Part shown: positions 63,178 through 64,000 of the stretch, in pieces
How the letters are laid out: each line of letters opens with the position of its first letter
Numbering within the stretch: position 1 is the stretch's first letter
Assembly: GCF_054482595.1 (NCBI RefSeq)
Contig: NZ_CM137008.1
Reading direction: 5' to 3' (one strand)
Length of the DNA stretch: 64,000 nucleotides
Made by a program: the position numbers and the translations under genes
The notes under the pieces: model-generated
What the model saw: the letters and a program-made list of their open reading frames with translations, nothing else
Told to the model about the DNA's origin: nothing
The model's database searches: none

Positions 63178-64000
63178 TGTTTAGGTTGAACCCTTTCGTA
63201 CGGGTCGGGCTGTGTTTGTCCGCTATTTCTTGTGCATGGCCTGTGTTAGCGGTCGATGACGATGGCGAAACGATGGTTGTCACTGCATCTTCCGTTGAAC
63301 AAAACCTTAAAGATGCACCCGCCAGTATCAGCGTCATTACCCAGGAAGACCTGCAGCGAAAACCGGTACAGAATCTGAAGGATGTCCTCAAAGAAGTGCC
63401 TGGCGTACAACTGACGAACGAAGGGGATAACCGTAAGGGCGTTAGTATTCGTGGTCTGGACAGCAGCTACACCCTGATTCTCGTCGACGGTAAACGCGTT
63501 AACTCCCGCAATGCCGTCTTCCGCCACAATGATTTCGATCTGAACTGGATCCCGGTCGATTCCATCGAACGTATTGAAGTGGTTCGTGGCCCGATGTCGT
63601 CGCTGTACGGCTCCGATGCGCTCGGCGGTGTAGTGAATATCATCACCAAAAAAATCGGTCAGAAATGGTCGGGTACCGTTACCGTCGATACCACCATTCA
63701 GGAACATCGCGATCGCGGTGATACCTATAACGGTCAGTTCTTTACCAGTGGACCATTAATTGATGGTGTGCTGGGAATGAAAGCTTACGGCAGCCTGGCA
63801 AAACGTGAAAAGGATGACCCGCAAAACTCAACGACCACCGATACCGGAGATACGCCGCGTATTGAAGGATTCTCCAGCCGCGACGGCAATGTCGAATTTG
63901 CCTGGACACCGAATCAAAATCACGATTTTACTGCCGGATACGGTTTCGACCGTCAGGATCGTGATTCCGACTCGCTGGACAAAAACCGCCTGGAACGCCA
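63178..64000 (+). CDS. cirA: Colicin I receptor / catecholate siderophore TonB-dependent receptor CirA (N-terminal part, continues beyond window)
   Basis: [62 protein letters not shown]... signal peptide, TonB box ETMVVTA, plug domain; runs off window end. Confidence 0.9.

Overview
The window has two parts. Positions 1 to about 23713 are the right-hand portion of a prophage that abuts an intact tRNA-Pro(GGG) gene (proL, 23714..23790, minus strand). Positions 23714 to 64000 are ordinary E. coli K-12-type chromosome running from yejM to the start of cirA. All calls rest on reading the ORF translations and the DNA by eye; no searches or computations were run, and no base composition was calculated. 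The prophage is mosaic: a Bor lipoprotein gene, an HNH endonuclease, P27-type small terminase, large terminase, HK97-type portal, protease and major capsid, joined to a Mu-like contractile tail module that ends in a G-segment-like invertible tail-fibre cassette. The strongest candidate for an accessory system is an accessory island between a truncated pin invertase gene and proL that carries a single large DUF262/DUF1524 (GmrSD-like) type IV restriction candidate and a decayed dinI-like pseudogene. A second candidate is an antisense, membrane-anchored OB-fold gene sitting alone in the tail module between the tape-measure and DNA-circulation genes. Other observations are a locked invertible segment whose crossover sites preserve the reading frame, a -1 frameshift site in the tail chaperone genes, a shared leader motif upstream of the paralogous transporters psuT and nupX, and direct repeats upstream of psuK.
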